This document shows, in pieces, positions 51,642 to 61,447 of a DNA stretch of 64,000 nt. This stretch comes from Candidatus Cloacimonadales bacterium (GTDB taxonomy: Bacteria > Cloacimonadota > Cloacimonadia > Cloacimonadales > JAFGVF01). Both the position numbers and the translations under genes were made by a program. Location of the stretch: positions 1,984,001 to 2,048,000 of the forward strand of contig OY759729.1 of the NCBI GenBank assembly GCA_963662585.1, in the 5' to 3' direction. How positions within the stretch are numbered: the stretch's first letter is position 1; each line of letters begins with the position of its first letter. A model generated the notes under the pieces. The model saw only the letters and a list, made by a program, of their open reading frames with translations. It did not search any database and had not been told where the DNA came from.

Positions 51642-52847
51642 ATGAAATTAGATAATTCAAAAAAACTATTTGTTTCTGGTGATGAAGCTGTAGCTTTAGG
51701 AGTTCGTTTAGCTCGACCTCATGTAATTTCTGCTTATCCTATTACTCCTCAAACTATTGTAGTGGAAAGACTTTCAGAAATGACTGAAGATAAGAGCTTA
51801 GATGCTGATTTTATGCATGTGGAATCTGAACACTCTGCTCTCTCAGCAGCTATGGGTGTTTCTGCTGTAGGAGCAAGAGCTTTTACTGCAACATCGTCAC
51901 AGGGACTTCTTTACATGGCTGAGGTATTAAGTTATTGTAGTGGTGGACGCTATCCTGTTGTGATGATGAATGCTAACCGTGCTTTAGCTCTTCCTTGGAG
52001 TATTTTTGGGGATCAATCAGACTCCTTACTCCTACTTGGCTCTGGCTGGATTCAATGTTATGTTGAAGATGCCCAAGAAGCTCTTGATATGATGATTCAA
52101 GCTTATAAAATTGCTGAGCATCCTCGAGTATTAACTCCATTTATGGTTAACTTAGATGGCTTTATTCTCACTCACACTTATGAGTTAGTTGATGTACCTC
52201 TCCAGTCTGAAGTGGATGAATTTCTTCCACCTTTCACTACACCTAATAAAATGAGTTTAGAAAACCCAATGAATCTTGGTTTCTCTTCAACTCCTGCTGA
52301 TAACTTAGAATTTAAATATCAACAACATAAAGCTATGCTTGATTCTCTTCCAGTTATTGAGGAGGTAGATGCTGAATTTGGCGATAAATTTGGTAGATAT
52401 TACGGAGGGGTCTTAGAATCCTATCAGACAGATGATGCTGAATTGGTTATGATAACTGTAGGAACTATTACTGGAACTACTCGGGTAGTTGTAGATAAAT
52501 TAAGAGATGCAGGTAAGAAAGTAGGACTTATAAAACTTCGTTACCTTAGACCTATGCCAGAAGAAGCACTTGTCGAAGCAATTGCTGATGCTAAAGCTGT
52601 AGGCGTTATTGATAAAGATATCTCTTTTGGTCACGAAGGAACTATTTTTACAAATGTTAACTCTGCTCTCTCCAAATCTAACCTAAATCCTAAAAAACAT
52701 AACTTTATCTGTGGAATGGGTGGTAGAAATATCTCCAAAAATGATATTATTGAAATGTATCAGCTTCTTGAAGATTCTGTTAATGGTAAAGATATTCCTG
52801 CTGTTAAATTCATCAATCTAAACACTTGCATAAGTGAAAAGGAGTAA
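51642..52847 (+). CDS. porA: 2-oxoacid:ferredoxin oxidoreductase alpha subunit
   Basis: AYPITPQT, VESEHSA, FTATSSQGL, DGFILTH. Confidence 0.93.
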   Translation: MKLDNSKKLFVSGDEAVALGVRLARPHVISAYPITPQTIVVERLSEMTEDKSLDADFMHVESEHSALSAAMGVSAVGARAFTATSSQGLLYMAEVLSYCSGGRYPVVMMNANRALALPWSIFGDQSDSLLLLGSGWIQCYVEDAQEALDMMIQAYKIAEHPRVLTPFMVNLDGFILTHTYELVDVPLQSEVDEFLPPFTTPNKMSLENPMNLGFSSTPADNLEFKYQQHKAMLDSLPVIEEVDAEFGDKFGRYYGGVLESYQTDDAELVMITVGTITGTTRVVVDKLRDAGKKVGLIKLRYLRPMPEEALVEAIADAKAVGVIDKDISFGHEGTIFTNVNSALSKSNLNPKKHNFICGMGGRNISKNDIIEMYQLLEDSVNGKDIPAVKFINLNTCISEKE

Positions 52848-52850
52848 GAA

Positions 52851-53750
52851 ATGCAAAATTTACAAAAAATTACCCCTAGAAATATAGATCAAAAAGAGTA
52901 TTTTTACGGACATAAAGCTTGTGCTGGTTGTGGTTGTGCTTTAGCAGTAAGACTTGCTCTCAAAGTTATTGGAGAAGGTGCCTTTAGTATTCTTCCTGCT
53001 GGATGTATGTCTGCAGTTGGTTTCATCTACCCGCAAATGGCCTTTGTGAATAATTCTATGATATCTACCTTCCCTGGGGCTGCTTCTTTAGCTTCTGGTG
53101 TTGCTGCTGGTAACAAAGCTCTTAAAAGAGAAGGAAGCAAAACCGTTGTCTTTGCTGGAGATGGTGGAACTGCTGATATCGGTATCCAAGCACTGTCTGG
53201 AATGATAGATCGCGATGATGATGTTCTCTATATCTGCTATGATAATGAAGCATATATGAACACTGGAATTCAGAAAAGTGGACTTACACCTTTTGGTGCT
53301 AAGACTACTACAACTCCTGCTGGGGAAAATCTTAGAGGAACTCAAACAGCTAAGAAACAACTCTTCGAAATTATTGCTGCTCATAATATTAAATATGCAG
53401 CAACTGCTTCTATTGGCTATTACCAAGACTATATCAATAAAGTACAAAAAGCAATTTCTATTAAGGGAGCAACTTTTATTCATGTTGCTGCTAGCTGTCC
53501 TACTGGTTGGGGTACTCCTACCGAAACATCTGTAGAGATAATGAAAGAAGCTGTTGATTGTGGATTGTGGTTCTTAGCAGAATATGAAAACCATAAGTTT
53601 ACCCTAAATAAAGACCCAAAAGCTTTTGGTTCAATAGCTGATTATATCAAAGCTCAAGGTAGATTTAAGCATCTTACCGATGATGATATTGTTAGCATTG
53701 AAAAGAGTAGAGATGAACTCTGGGAAAGAATGAGGAAAAACTGGAAATAG
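52851..53750 (+). CDS. porB: 2-oxoacid:ferredoxin oxidoreductase beta subunit (TPP-binding)
   Basis: GHKACAGC, GDGGTADIG, YDNEAYMNTGIQ, CPTGW. Confidence 0.93.
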   Translation: MQNLQKITPRNIDQKEYFYGHKACAGCGCALAVRLALKVIGEGAFSILPAGCMSAVGFIYPQMAFVNNSMISTFPGAASLASGVAAGNKALKREGSKTVVFAGDGGTADIGIQALSGMIDRDDDVLYICYDNEAYMNTGIQKSGLTPFGAKTTTTPAGENLRGTQTAKKQLFEIIAAHNIKYAATASIGYYQDYINKVQKAISIKGATFIHVAASCPTGWGTPTETSVEIMKEAVDCGLWFLAEYENHKFTLNKDPKAFGSIADYIKAQGRFKHLTDDDIVSIEKSRDELWERMRKNWK

Positions 53751-53757
53751 ATTATAG

Positions 53758-53788
53758 AAGGGCAGATTTAATTCTGCCCTTTACTTTA
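53758..53788 (+). terminator. Intrinsic terminator after the por operon
   Basis: AAGGGCAGA-loop-TCTGCCCTT followed by a T-rich tail. Confidence 0.75.
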
Positions 53789-53977
53789 GTTAAATTATTT
53801 CTTCAGTCGGATAGTAATGATAAGTGAAAATCTCGTAGGGATGATCAATATTAACCCAAATAATGCAGTGCTCTTAAGCTTCTGTTCTATAAAAAACACC
53901 TGAAAAGTGAAGCCTGGGAAGTCATTGGGAAGAAAGTCAATTTTAAGAAAAGTAAGCTTTTAAAAATGAAGATATAA

Positions 53978-54880
53978 TCACAAAGTAATAATCACATCAT
54001 CATCAGAATCATCTTCATCTATAGGGGAAATTTTACTTCTAATAAATGCTCTTCTAATCCAACCCCAGATGAATATAATAGGGAAGACTAAGCCTAGGAG
54101 AGTAGCCAGAGAATAAATGGCATTAAGGATAATCTTCTCACGGAAATCTTTCTCAAAATCATAATAGAACTTCTCTTTAGAAAAACCAAAGCTTCGATTG
54201 AAGGCAATATTAAAATATTTGTGGGTAGTAAACATTTTACTAAAAGCCAGCTTGTCTAGCTTATGTAGATACTCTACTGCCATGGCAGATTTAGCATAAA
54301 ATGTGGTTAACATTCTGCTATCTTGCGGATATTTATTCTCCATTTCATTAATGGAAGGAATAGCTTGCGATAAGTAATCTACTCCTAGTGCATAGACCAT
54401 ATTTGTGCTAAACTGTTGAGAAAAATGAATAGCCATACCTTCGTGAAACCAGAGAGGGGCATCTTTAAAATGATATTCAATAAAAGCATGGATATATTCA
54501 TGATGAAGGATTTGATAGAAGCTCTCTTTATTGCCCAGTTCCAAGAAACTTTTGATATAAATTACACTATCTTGCCTACTATAGAAGGCATTACTGTGTT
54601 CTGTTATTCCTCCAAAAGTAGCTACAATATTTTGAAAATCTTGCTGATCATGACTAAGATAAATTCTTGCTTTAAACTGTGGATAAACTCCAATATCCAT
54701 TTGAAATCTGTCTATAAGTTTAGGTAGATGCTCCATGATATCTTGAGCAAAAACTCTATCTTGCTGATTAGCTTGAACTTCTATCAAATCATCTGTATAT
54801 ATTACTTTATTAGCCCGAAGTAGGGATAAATTTATAATAAATATAAGAAAAACTAATAATATCCTGATTCTATTCTGCAT
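53978..54880 (-). CDS. Membrane-anchored peptidase MA (gluzincin)-like protein
   Basis: Signal peptide, HEYIH plus downstream PLWFHEGMA, C-terminal transmembrane helix. ATG 54880 overlaps the upstream gene end. Confidence 0.75.
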   Translation of the reverse strand: MQNRIRILLVFLIFIINLSLLRANKVIYTDDLIEVQANQQDRVFAQDIMEHLPKLIDRFQMDIGVYPQFKARIYLSHDQQDFQNIVATFGGITEHSNAFYSRQDSVIYIKSFLELGNKESFYQILHHEYIHAFIEYHFKDAPLWFHEGMAIHFSQQFSTNMVYALGVDYLSQAIPSINEMENKYPQDSRMLTTFYAKSAMAVEYLHKLDKLAFSKMFTTHKYFNIAFNRSFGFSKEKFYYDFEKDFREKIILNAIYSLATLLGLVFPIIFIWGWIRRAFIRSKISPIDEDDSDDDVIITL

Positions 54881-55781
54881 CAACCTTTTTACCAAGAGAT
54901 GCAAGATAGACAACCATTTCATTCTCACCATCTAAACCAAGATATTCATTAATAAATTCATCAACAAAAGCACCAATGCCACAGACACCACAATTGATTG
55001 ATTCTCCTGCAAGATAGAGGTTTTGACAAATATGGCCAGCATCTAAGTAAATGTAACGCCATGATCTAGCAGAGTAACGCCAAACTGTTCGATTCGGAAT
55101 TGCACTCCAAATAAAGTTAACTGCTGAAGTTTTGATCATGTTCTGACGATTACAGGCTATCCAAAGTTTTTCCTTGGTCTCAGGATCTGAATCTAATAAT
55201 ACTATATTATGCTTGCCTGCATTATAGAAGTAGAGTCCTGGCTCAACTCCTTCGACCCTATTAATATAGAGGTAAGTTTCGAAAGGATGACGAGCACCTG
55301 CTGAAGGAACTGTTCTAAGTGTAACACTGTTTTTACTAGTCTCTTTGATCTCTTTTACCCCTTGAGTAAGCCAAAGTAGATAAGAAAGTTCATCTTTAGA
55401 AAGAGGAATATCTGAGTATGCCCTAATTGATTTCCTATTCTCTAAAATGGATCTAAAATCATTGTGCTCTACCCTGATTGTTTGAGGGTTAGGTAGTTTA
55501 ATCACTTCACCAGTCATTGACTTTAGAACCTCAGGTTTTGGGATTCCTTTCATTTGATCCGAAACACTAGCATAGAGGTAGGAAGTAAGTTGGGTAAAGT
55601 TTTTACCTATCATTTCAGCCTCTTTATTCTTTTTAATAGTCTCGGTAACTTCTGAATCATACTCTTTGACTATGCGAGCGTAATCTTCATCATTAACTTC
55701 TATCTCATCTTGAATTACTTTATCTTCATATCCACGGGATTTCATTCTTAGGTAGAAAAATCTTTCTCTTGCTTTATCCAT
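54870..55781 (-). CDS. SagB/ThcOx-type nitroreductase-fold dehydrogenase
   Basis: NRKSIRAYS, LSYLLWLTQG, RTVPSAGARHPFETY, YLDAGHICQNLYL, GIGAF. Confidence 0.9.
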   Translation of the reverse strand: MDKARERFFYLRMKSRGYEDKVIQDEIEVNDEDYARIVKEYDSEVTETIKKNKEAEMIGKNFTQLTSYLYASVSDQMKGIPKPEVLKSMTGEVIKLPNPQTIRVEHNDFRSILENRKSIRAYSDIPLSKDELSYLLWLTQGVKEIKETSKNSVTLRTVPSAGARHPFETYLYINRVEGVEPGLYFYNAGKHNIVLLDSDPETKEKLWIACNRQNMIKTSAVNFIWSAIPNRTVWRYSARSWRYIYLDAGHICQNLYLAGESINCGVCGIGAFVDEFINEYLGLDGENEMVVYLASLGKKVDAE

Positions 55782-55870
55782 TATTCACCTCACTAGGAAT
55801 TTATTGTTATACTAGTATAATTAATAGGTAAATATTTGTCAAATAAAGAATCTGAACTAACTACTAATTT

Positions 55871-56638
55871 TTAAAATGGCGATTTTAAGAAGCTAATAAT
55901 TAAGCAAGAAGTAGAAAATGTAGATAAATAGAAAATCTCTTTAGGAGGAATAGAAATTTTGTAACTGCTTCTCTCTTCACTATAAGCTTTAGCCTCATAA
56001 TTTAGGGCAATAGAATCAGCATTAAGCAAAACTTTATGGATGAGAATATTAAGAATAATTATAACTTTTCTGATTGGATTTCGACGATTATCAAGACATC
56101 TTGACTTCTGAGCAACTTTAATCTGCTGGTATAAATCAAAAATAATAGGTATTTGCACAATACATAAATTTATCATAGTAGCGATTCTAACTGAATTTAC
56201 AAAGGGGACTTTCCTAAGTAAAGTTTCTATTGCGTAATTGATTTCCCTAACAGTGGTTGTAGCAATAAAAAGAATGCTTATTAAAGAAAATAGATATAAC
56301 TTGAGAATAAAGGTCGAACTAAATAGCAAAGCAGGAATGCTAAAATGATGCAAATACAGATTGGGATTACTCTGAAAATGAAAGGCTGAGAAGAAGATAA
56401 TTAAGGGAATAGCAGTCATGAAATAGCGGAAATCTCTGAAGGCTTGAATTATGCTGATTTTAGCTTGATAGAATAACAGGAAAAGAAGTGAATAGAGAAG
56501 TGTAAAACTTAGCCAATCAAGAGTGATATCCTTTAAAGTAATGCTTGAGAAAGCTATAATTAGCATGGCAATCAGCTTGGTAAGAGGACTTAATCTATGA
56601 ATCGCAGAATCTTTACTTATATAATGAAAAAGAATCAC
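55871..56638 (-). CDS. ECF transporter T component (BioN-like)
   Basis: SAIHRLSPLTKL, multiple transmembrane segments, AQKSR. Confidence 0.85.
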   Translation of the reverse strand: MILFHYISKDSAIHRLSPLTKLIAMLIIAFSSITLKDITLDWLSFTLLYSLLFLLFYQAKISIIQAFRDFRYFMTAIPLIIFFSAFHFQSNPNLYLHHFSIPALLFSSTFILKLYLFSLISILFIATTTVREINYAIETLLRKVPFVNSVRIATMINLCIVQIPIIFDLYQQIKVAQKSRCLDNRRNPIRKVIIILNILIHKVLLNADSIALNYEAKAYSEERSSYKISIPPKEIFYLSTFSTSCLIISFLKSPF

Positions 56639-57375
56639 ACTAACCAGCTCATTTCACTTTTAAGGCATTTAGGTAGTTTGATAGGATAATTCGCTAAGTC
56701 GGCTGGTAACTCTTCCTGAATTATGTTTTTATCATAGATAATTCTTCCTGCACCCATGATGATTAGTCGGTTGGCATGGGCAAAAACTTTATCCAAATCA
56801 TGAGTAATGACTAGTATAGTCTTACCTTCTTTATGAAGCTTTACCATTAGCTGAAGAACTTGCTTTACTCCAGTATAATCAAGACAGTTAAAAGGCTCAT
56901 CAAAGATGATAATACTTGGATTCATACAAAGAATCCCGGCTATGGCTAATCTTTTTTTCTCGCCACCAGAAAGTTGCGTTGGTACTCTCTTCTCATAATC
57001 CTCTAAACCTACAGCGCGGAGTATCTGGGTTACTTTAGTGTTTATAGTCTCTCTAGCTACTCTTAAATTCTCTAAGCCAAAAGCAATGTCGTCATAGACA
57101 GTTTGACCTACGATTTGAGTATCAGAATCTTGAAAGATTATTCCTACTTTTTTCCTAACTTGCAGAAGTTGTTTTTTGATAGCTTTGTTTTCAAATAATA
57201 TTTCACCTTGGCTAGCTTGATATATTCCATTTAAAAGAAGAGTCAAGACACTTTTCCCAGAGCCATTCTCTCCTGTAAGAATAATAAACTCTCCTTGAGC
57301 AATATCTAAGGAGATTGATTTTAGTACTTCCTGGCCTGAAGGGAATTTATAGGAAACATCTGTTAAGGAAATCAT
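56635..57375 (-). CDS. ECF transporter ATPase (BioM-like)
   Basis: GENGSGKS, FQDSDTQIVG, LSGGEKKR, FDEP, ITHD. Confidence 0.92.
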   Translation of the reverse strand: MISLTDVSYKFPSGQEVLKSISLDIAQGEFIILTGENGSGKSVLTLLLNGIYQASQGEILFENKAIKKQLLQVRKKVGIIFQDSDTQIVGQTVYDDIAFGLENLRVARETINTKVTQILRAVGLEDYEKRVPTQLSGGEKKRLAIAGILCMNPSIIIFDEPFNCLDYTGVKQVLQLMVKLHKEGKTILVITHDLDKVFAHANRLIIMGAGRIIYDKNIIQEELPADLANYPIKLPKCLKSEMSWLV

Positions 57376-57905
57376 ATAAGTCTCGAATTTAAGTGTTTTC
57401 TGACTTTCTGGGCAATCACAAGAGCAAGACCTAGCTTAAGAAAATCTCCGACCACGAAAACCCAATATATTGGAAGAGAGTTTGTCCAACCTTGGGGAAA
57501 TTTATAAATCAACCAGGAAATACCTAGGAGATGAATAAGCAGAAAGCCAGCAATTAAAGCTAAGCTGTCTTTAAACCAACTAGGCTTGCCAGATGAGATT
57601 AGAGCAATAGCTATTGTTGCCAGAAAATATCCGAGGAGATAACCACCAGTTGGTCCGTAAAAGTGGTGCAGACCTCCATTACCACCTGAAAAAACAGGCA
57701 AGCCTAAGGCTCCGAGTAATAGGTATATTGTAATACTATATGTTGCCCATTTTACAGGAAGCACTAAGCCGAGAATAAAAATAAACATGTTTGCTATAAC
57801 TATGGGTATGATTCCCGTAGGAATAGCAATATATGAGCCTATTATTATCAAGGCTGTGAATAAAGAAGTATAAATCATCATTCTAATATTATTTTGAAAT
57901 TTCAT
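57372..57905 (-). CDS. bioY: Biotin ECF substrate component
   Basis: YLLLGALGLPVFSGG, GPTGGYLLG, GDFLK. Confidence 0.92.
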   Translation of the reverse strand: MKFQNNIRMMIYTSLFTALIIIGSYIAIPTGIIPIVIANMFIFILGLVLPVKWATYSITIYLLLGALGLPVFSGGNGGLHHFYGPTGGYLLGYFLATIAIALISSGKPSWFKDSLALIAGFLLIHLLGISWLIYKFPQGWTNSLPIYWVFVVGDFLKLGLALVIAQKVRKHLNSRLI

Positions 57906-57989
57906 ATATGTAAACCCTTATAAATATAATTTTGACTATTATTTTAAGGACTGGAAAATCGTCAAGAATTTATGTATTGGAGAGTAAAT

Positions 57990-58022
57990 AAAAAAAGCTA
58001 GCTTATCTGCATAAGCTAGCTT
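57990..58022 (-). terminator. Intrinsic terminator closing the purS-...-GlmL-like operon
   Basis: AAGCTAGCTTAT-CTGC-ATAAGCTAGCTT stem with an A run on the plus strand (U tail on minus). Confidence 0.8.
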
Positions 58023-58044
58023 GTGAAATATATATTATTGAGAA

Positions 58045-59178
58045 TTATTCAGCAATAACTTCCACATTAGCACGAGGAATAAGAACTTCCTGGCCATTGT
58101 TTAGTTTAGCTTTAAGAACTCTCACTAAGGTTTCAGATTCAACTTTGGTAAGTGGTTCAGGTAGTTCAGTAATTCTACCAATTTCACCAAAGTTAGGTTG
58201 TCTGATTACACGAATAAGTGATCCTATTTCGAGAGAAGCCATTTCTGCTTCCTTAACAACTAATTTCTCATTATCTGCAAGAGGAAGTGGGATAATAACT
58301 TCAGGTCTCATAACACCAGCACGGATTTGAGTAAAACCGTGAACAGATGCTTTATGACCTTCAAACTTCTGCAGAAGTTCAAAAGTATTCTTAGCCATTG
58401 TGATAGGTCCAAAACCTTCTGTAACAACTAAAGTAACACCAATTTTCTCGTGTCCAGTAATAGCAACACCAATATCATAACCGAGAAGTTTCTTTAAATC
58501 TTGGTCATCAACACCACCAGAAATGATAGCATGTACTCCAACTTGAGCAGCTTTTTTAATCGCTTCTAAAGGACATAAAGCTCCAGCTACAATAATTTTA
58601 CCTTTGCAATCAGGGGTAATACTAGCAGGATCTAAATGATCTTTAGGTGATTTAGCTAACATTTTGATATCACCGCTAGTTTCACCTGCTAAACCAAAAA
58701 TACCTTGGATATAAGCAGATCTGTTTTCAATAATCACACCTTCATTAGGGATGACTTCAGTAACGATACCATCGATGAAAGCTTTGATTTCAACAGGGAT
58801 TCTTGGTTCTCTAAGAACAGCATTACCTGTTGCAGGAGATACACTTTCTACCTCACCATCAATAGGAGATTTAACGGAAGTTTTAAAGAAACCCATTCCG
58901 AAAAGTCCTTTTGTTTCAGCAAGTATTTGATCTTTATGTATTTTATCGCCAACTTTTACTTTCATGAAGTTAGCCAACATTTGAGGGGTAACTCCTAATT
59001 TATTAGCAATCTTGAAAGGTACAACATTACCTGGCAATGAAGTGTGAGCAACGATATCATCGCATTTTACTCTATCACCTTTCTTTACTCTAACTTCCCC
59101 TTTTAAAGGAAGAATTCTTTCTTTTTTAAGTACAATATTTTCAGTAACTGTTAATCCAGCTGAATATGCTTGTGCCAT
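58045..59178 (-). CDS. Uncharacterised protein with barrel-sandwich-hybrid-like motifs and C-terminal KOW-like domain
   Basis: VKKGDRV and VKVGDKI...KSPIDGEV motifs; IQGIFG, TEGFG, TQIRAGVMRPE; IGSLIRVIRQPNFGEIGRI; GGAGG RBS. Confidence 0.75.
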   Translation of the reverse strand: MAQAYSAGLTVTENIVLKKERILPLKGEVRVKKGDRVKCDDIVAHTSLPGNVVPFKIANKLGVTPQMLANFMKVKVGDKIHKDQILAETKGLFGMGFFKTSVKSPIDGEVESVSPATGNAVLREPRIPVEIKAFIDGIVTEVIPNEGVIIENRSAYIQGIFGLAGETSGDIKMLAKSPKDHLDPASITPDCKGKIIVAGALCPLEAIKKAAQVGVHAIISGGVDDQDLKKLLGYDIGVAITGHEKIGVTLVVTEGFGPITMAKNTFELLQKFEGHKASVHGFTQIRAGVMRPEVIIPLPLADNEKLVVKEAEMASLEIGSLIRVIRQPNFGEIGRITELPEPLTKVESETLVRVLKAKLNNGQEVLIPRANVEVIAE

Positions 59179-59187
59179 TATTTCCTC

Positions 59188-61053
59188 CTATTTTAGTAGT
59201 TCTTGTGGGTAAGCTTGAAGTTCTTTCATCCATTTGATAAGGCGAGGAACACGCTCAGCAGTTTCTACAGGTAATACAAATGGTCTTCTACCACGAGTAT
59301 CAAGTACAATACCTACTTCGCCACCAGTTAATTCGGTAACGATCTCTTGATTTTTACCTGCACCAATATCTAAACCTTTACCAGGTTTTAACTCTGCTTT
59401 AGCCACAGAACCTGTTGGACATGGTAATAATCTTAATTCACCAAATGGTATTTTCTCTTCAAAAATAGTTCCATCAGGAAGTTCAATTTTTGCCTCTAGA
59501 GCAATTTTTCCTTCCTTAATCTTTCCTACAGGAGCAACACAAGAACCGATATAAATCATACAGTCCTTATTGAAAACTTCAGTAGCAACTTCTTCATTAA
59601 TTGAAGCCAACACACCTAAGTGAGGCATCATGAAGATAGAGTCCACAGCCAATTTAGTGATACCTTCTGGTAAGAAAGCGTCGATAAGCATCATCATTGT
59701 TTGATGTCTTCTTGGAGCATGAGAAAGAACACCACCAGAACCTACTAAGAGGTCAAGTGTAAGCATATTAACAATAGTATCGCCTGATTCAGATTGAGAG
59801 AATGCTTCAGCGATATCAGAATTCTTTTGAGTACCTTTAAGATTAACAGCAAATTCTTTATGTTGAATAAAAGCTAATCTAAGTGCTTCTTTAGCAATTG
59901 CTTGTTCTAAAACAAGTTCTTGGAAAAGAGCAGGAATAGTTGTAGGTCTGATCATCTTATTCTTGATCATATTACGAAGTTCTTTAACATCTATATCAAA
60001 AGGAACCCAACGCAAAATGTTGTCTAAACCAGCACTAGCTAGAACATTAGAAATACTATAACTCATTCCGAGGTTAGCAGACACAGTTCTGTTGAAAATA
60101 AAGTCTTTAGTAAATACGGAGAATACATCAGTAGTTGCACCTCCAATATCAACACCAAGAACTTCAATATTTTCTTGTTTAGCAATAGTTTGCATGATAT
60201 TACCCACGGCAGCAGGTGTTGGCATAATTGGAACAGGTTTTAAATCAGGTCCAACTGTCCATGCCATTAATTTATTATAACCTGGAGCTTGTTGCATAAC
60301 ATGCTCCATGAATATTTCATGTATTTCATCACGAGCAGGTCCTAAGTTTTCTCTTTCTAGAGTAGGTCTAAGATTATCTGTAATCATTAAATCAACCTTA
60401 CTTCCTAAGGTCTTTTTAATTTCATCTCTAGCTTGAATTGTACCTGCATAAATAACAGGTAATTTATAACTTGAACCAAGTCTTGGTTTAGGATCAGCAG
60501 CACCAACTAACTCAGCCATTTCAATAACATGTTTGTTACTAGTAGCATTATCGGTGTGACCTGCCATTAAAATCATATCTGGTCTTAAGTGACGAATTCT
60601 TTCAATCTTTTCATGATCCATTCTCTGGTCATTACTTGCAATTAAGTCCATAACAATAGCACCTGCACCGAGAGCAGCTCTTTCAGCTGACTCACCTGTC
60701 ATTTTAGCAACAACACCGGTAACCATCATCTGTAATCCACCACCAGCAGAGGATGTTGATACATAGGCATCAGCCCCAATATCACCATTTCTTGGAATAA
60801 TAAGTTCAGAATCTTTAATTAAAGTTATCTTAGGATTATTATATTTTAATCTAGCTAACTCTTCTAACTCTTGTACTGCATTTAGTACTCCGCGGGTAAC
60901 ATCATTTAATGGTGCTTCAACTGTTGTAGGAGCTTCACCACGCACTGTTTGTCGGTATTCACCATCTACGAATTCTATCAGAATCGCTTTGGTAGTAGTA
61001 GAACCGCAATCAGTTGCAATGATACGAGTTAATTTCTTCTTCTCGTACTGCAT
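59188..61053 (-). CDS. GlmL (glutamate mutase L/MutL)-like actin-fold ATPase with C-terminal extension
   Basis: TDCGSTTTKA (phosphate 1), TSSAGGGL, AERAALGAGA, MPTP, DIGGATTDVFS (phosphate 2), RTV..NLGM, GSGGVL. Confidence 0.85.
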   Translation of the reverse strand: MQYEKKKLTRIIATDCGSTTTKAILIEFVDGEYRQTVRGEAPTTVEAPLNDVTRGVLNAVQELEELARLKYNNPKITLIKDSELIIPRNGDIGADAYVSTSSAGGGLQMMVTGVVAKMTGESAERAALGAGAIVMDLIASNDQRMDHEKIERIRHLRPDMILMAGHTDNATSNKHVIEMAELVGAADPKPRLGSSYKLPVIYAGTIQARDEIKKTLGSKVDLMITDNLRPTLERENLGPARDEIHEIFMEHVMQQAPGYNKLMAWTVGPDLKPVPIMPTPAAVGNIMQTIAKQENIEVLGVDIGGATTDVFSVFTKDFIFNRTVSANLGMSYSISNVLASAGLDNILRWVPFDIDVKELRNMIKNKMIRPTTIPALFQELVLEQAIAKEALRLAFIQHKEFAVNLKGTQKNSDIAEAFSQSESGDTIVNMLTLDLLVGSGGVLSHAPRRHQTMMMLIDAFLPEGITKLAVDSIFMMPHLGVLASINEEVATEVFNKDCMIYIGSCVAPVGKIKEGKIALEAKIELPDGTIFEEKIPFGELRLLPCPTGSVAKAELKPGKGLDIGAGKNQEIVTELTGGEVGIVLDTRGRRPFVLPVETAERVPRLIKWMKELQAYPQELLK

Positions 61054-61077
61054 TATTTCCTCCGTTTATAATAATTT

Positions 61078-61440
61078 TTACTTTTTTCTCCAGAATAGAA
61101 AGATATTCTTTAACTTTTCATTTCTCTTTCTGCGTCTAACTCTTCTTTTTTCGTATTTATCTTTAAATAATTCAGCATCTAATTCATCAATTCTTTGTGA
61201 GAGCATTTTAAGATATCTATCCTCATCAATGAGTGTAGCAAACTCTTGATATGCTTTTTTATCAAAAATTAATTCAGCAACTGGCATTACAACATAGAGT
61301 AACTGACTGCCAATATGGTTTAAAGGCATAAACATCTCAGTAGCAATTAAAGCCGGTGCTGCCATGTTTCTTTCGACAATGAACCTAGCCACCTTATCAA
61401 TTAAATAGACAGCTCTCTCTTCAGAAATAGATACAATCAT
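61078..61440 (-). CDS. Small uncharacterised helical protein
   Basis: ORF between comF and the GlmL-like gene; LIDKVARFIVERNMAAPALI..EMFMPL..IGSQ; very basic C-terminus. ATG 61440 preferred over 61473. Confidence 0.7.
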   Translation of the reverse strand: MIVSISEERAVYLIDKVARFIVERNMAAPALIATEMFMPLNHIGSQLLYVVMPVAELIFDKKAYQEFATLIDEDRYLKMLSQRIDELDAELFKDKYEKRRVRRRKRNEKLKNIFLFWRKK

Positions 61441-61447
61441 ATATTTT

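Noticed and set aside
39257..55781. RiPP (azole peptide) cluster built from TldD/E plus the SagB-like gene
   Set aside because: The genes are ~13 kb apart, with no YcaO, precursor peptide or exporter; both families commonly occur alone
59188..61053. DNA mismatch repair MutL, or a glutamate mutase catalytic subunit
   Set aside because: No GHKL motifs and no B12-binding DxHxxG motif; it has actin-fold motifs only
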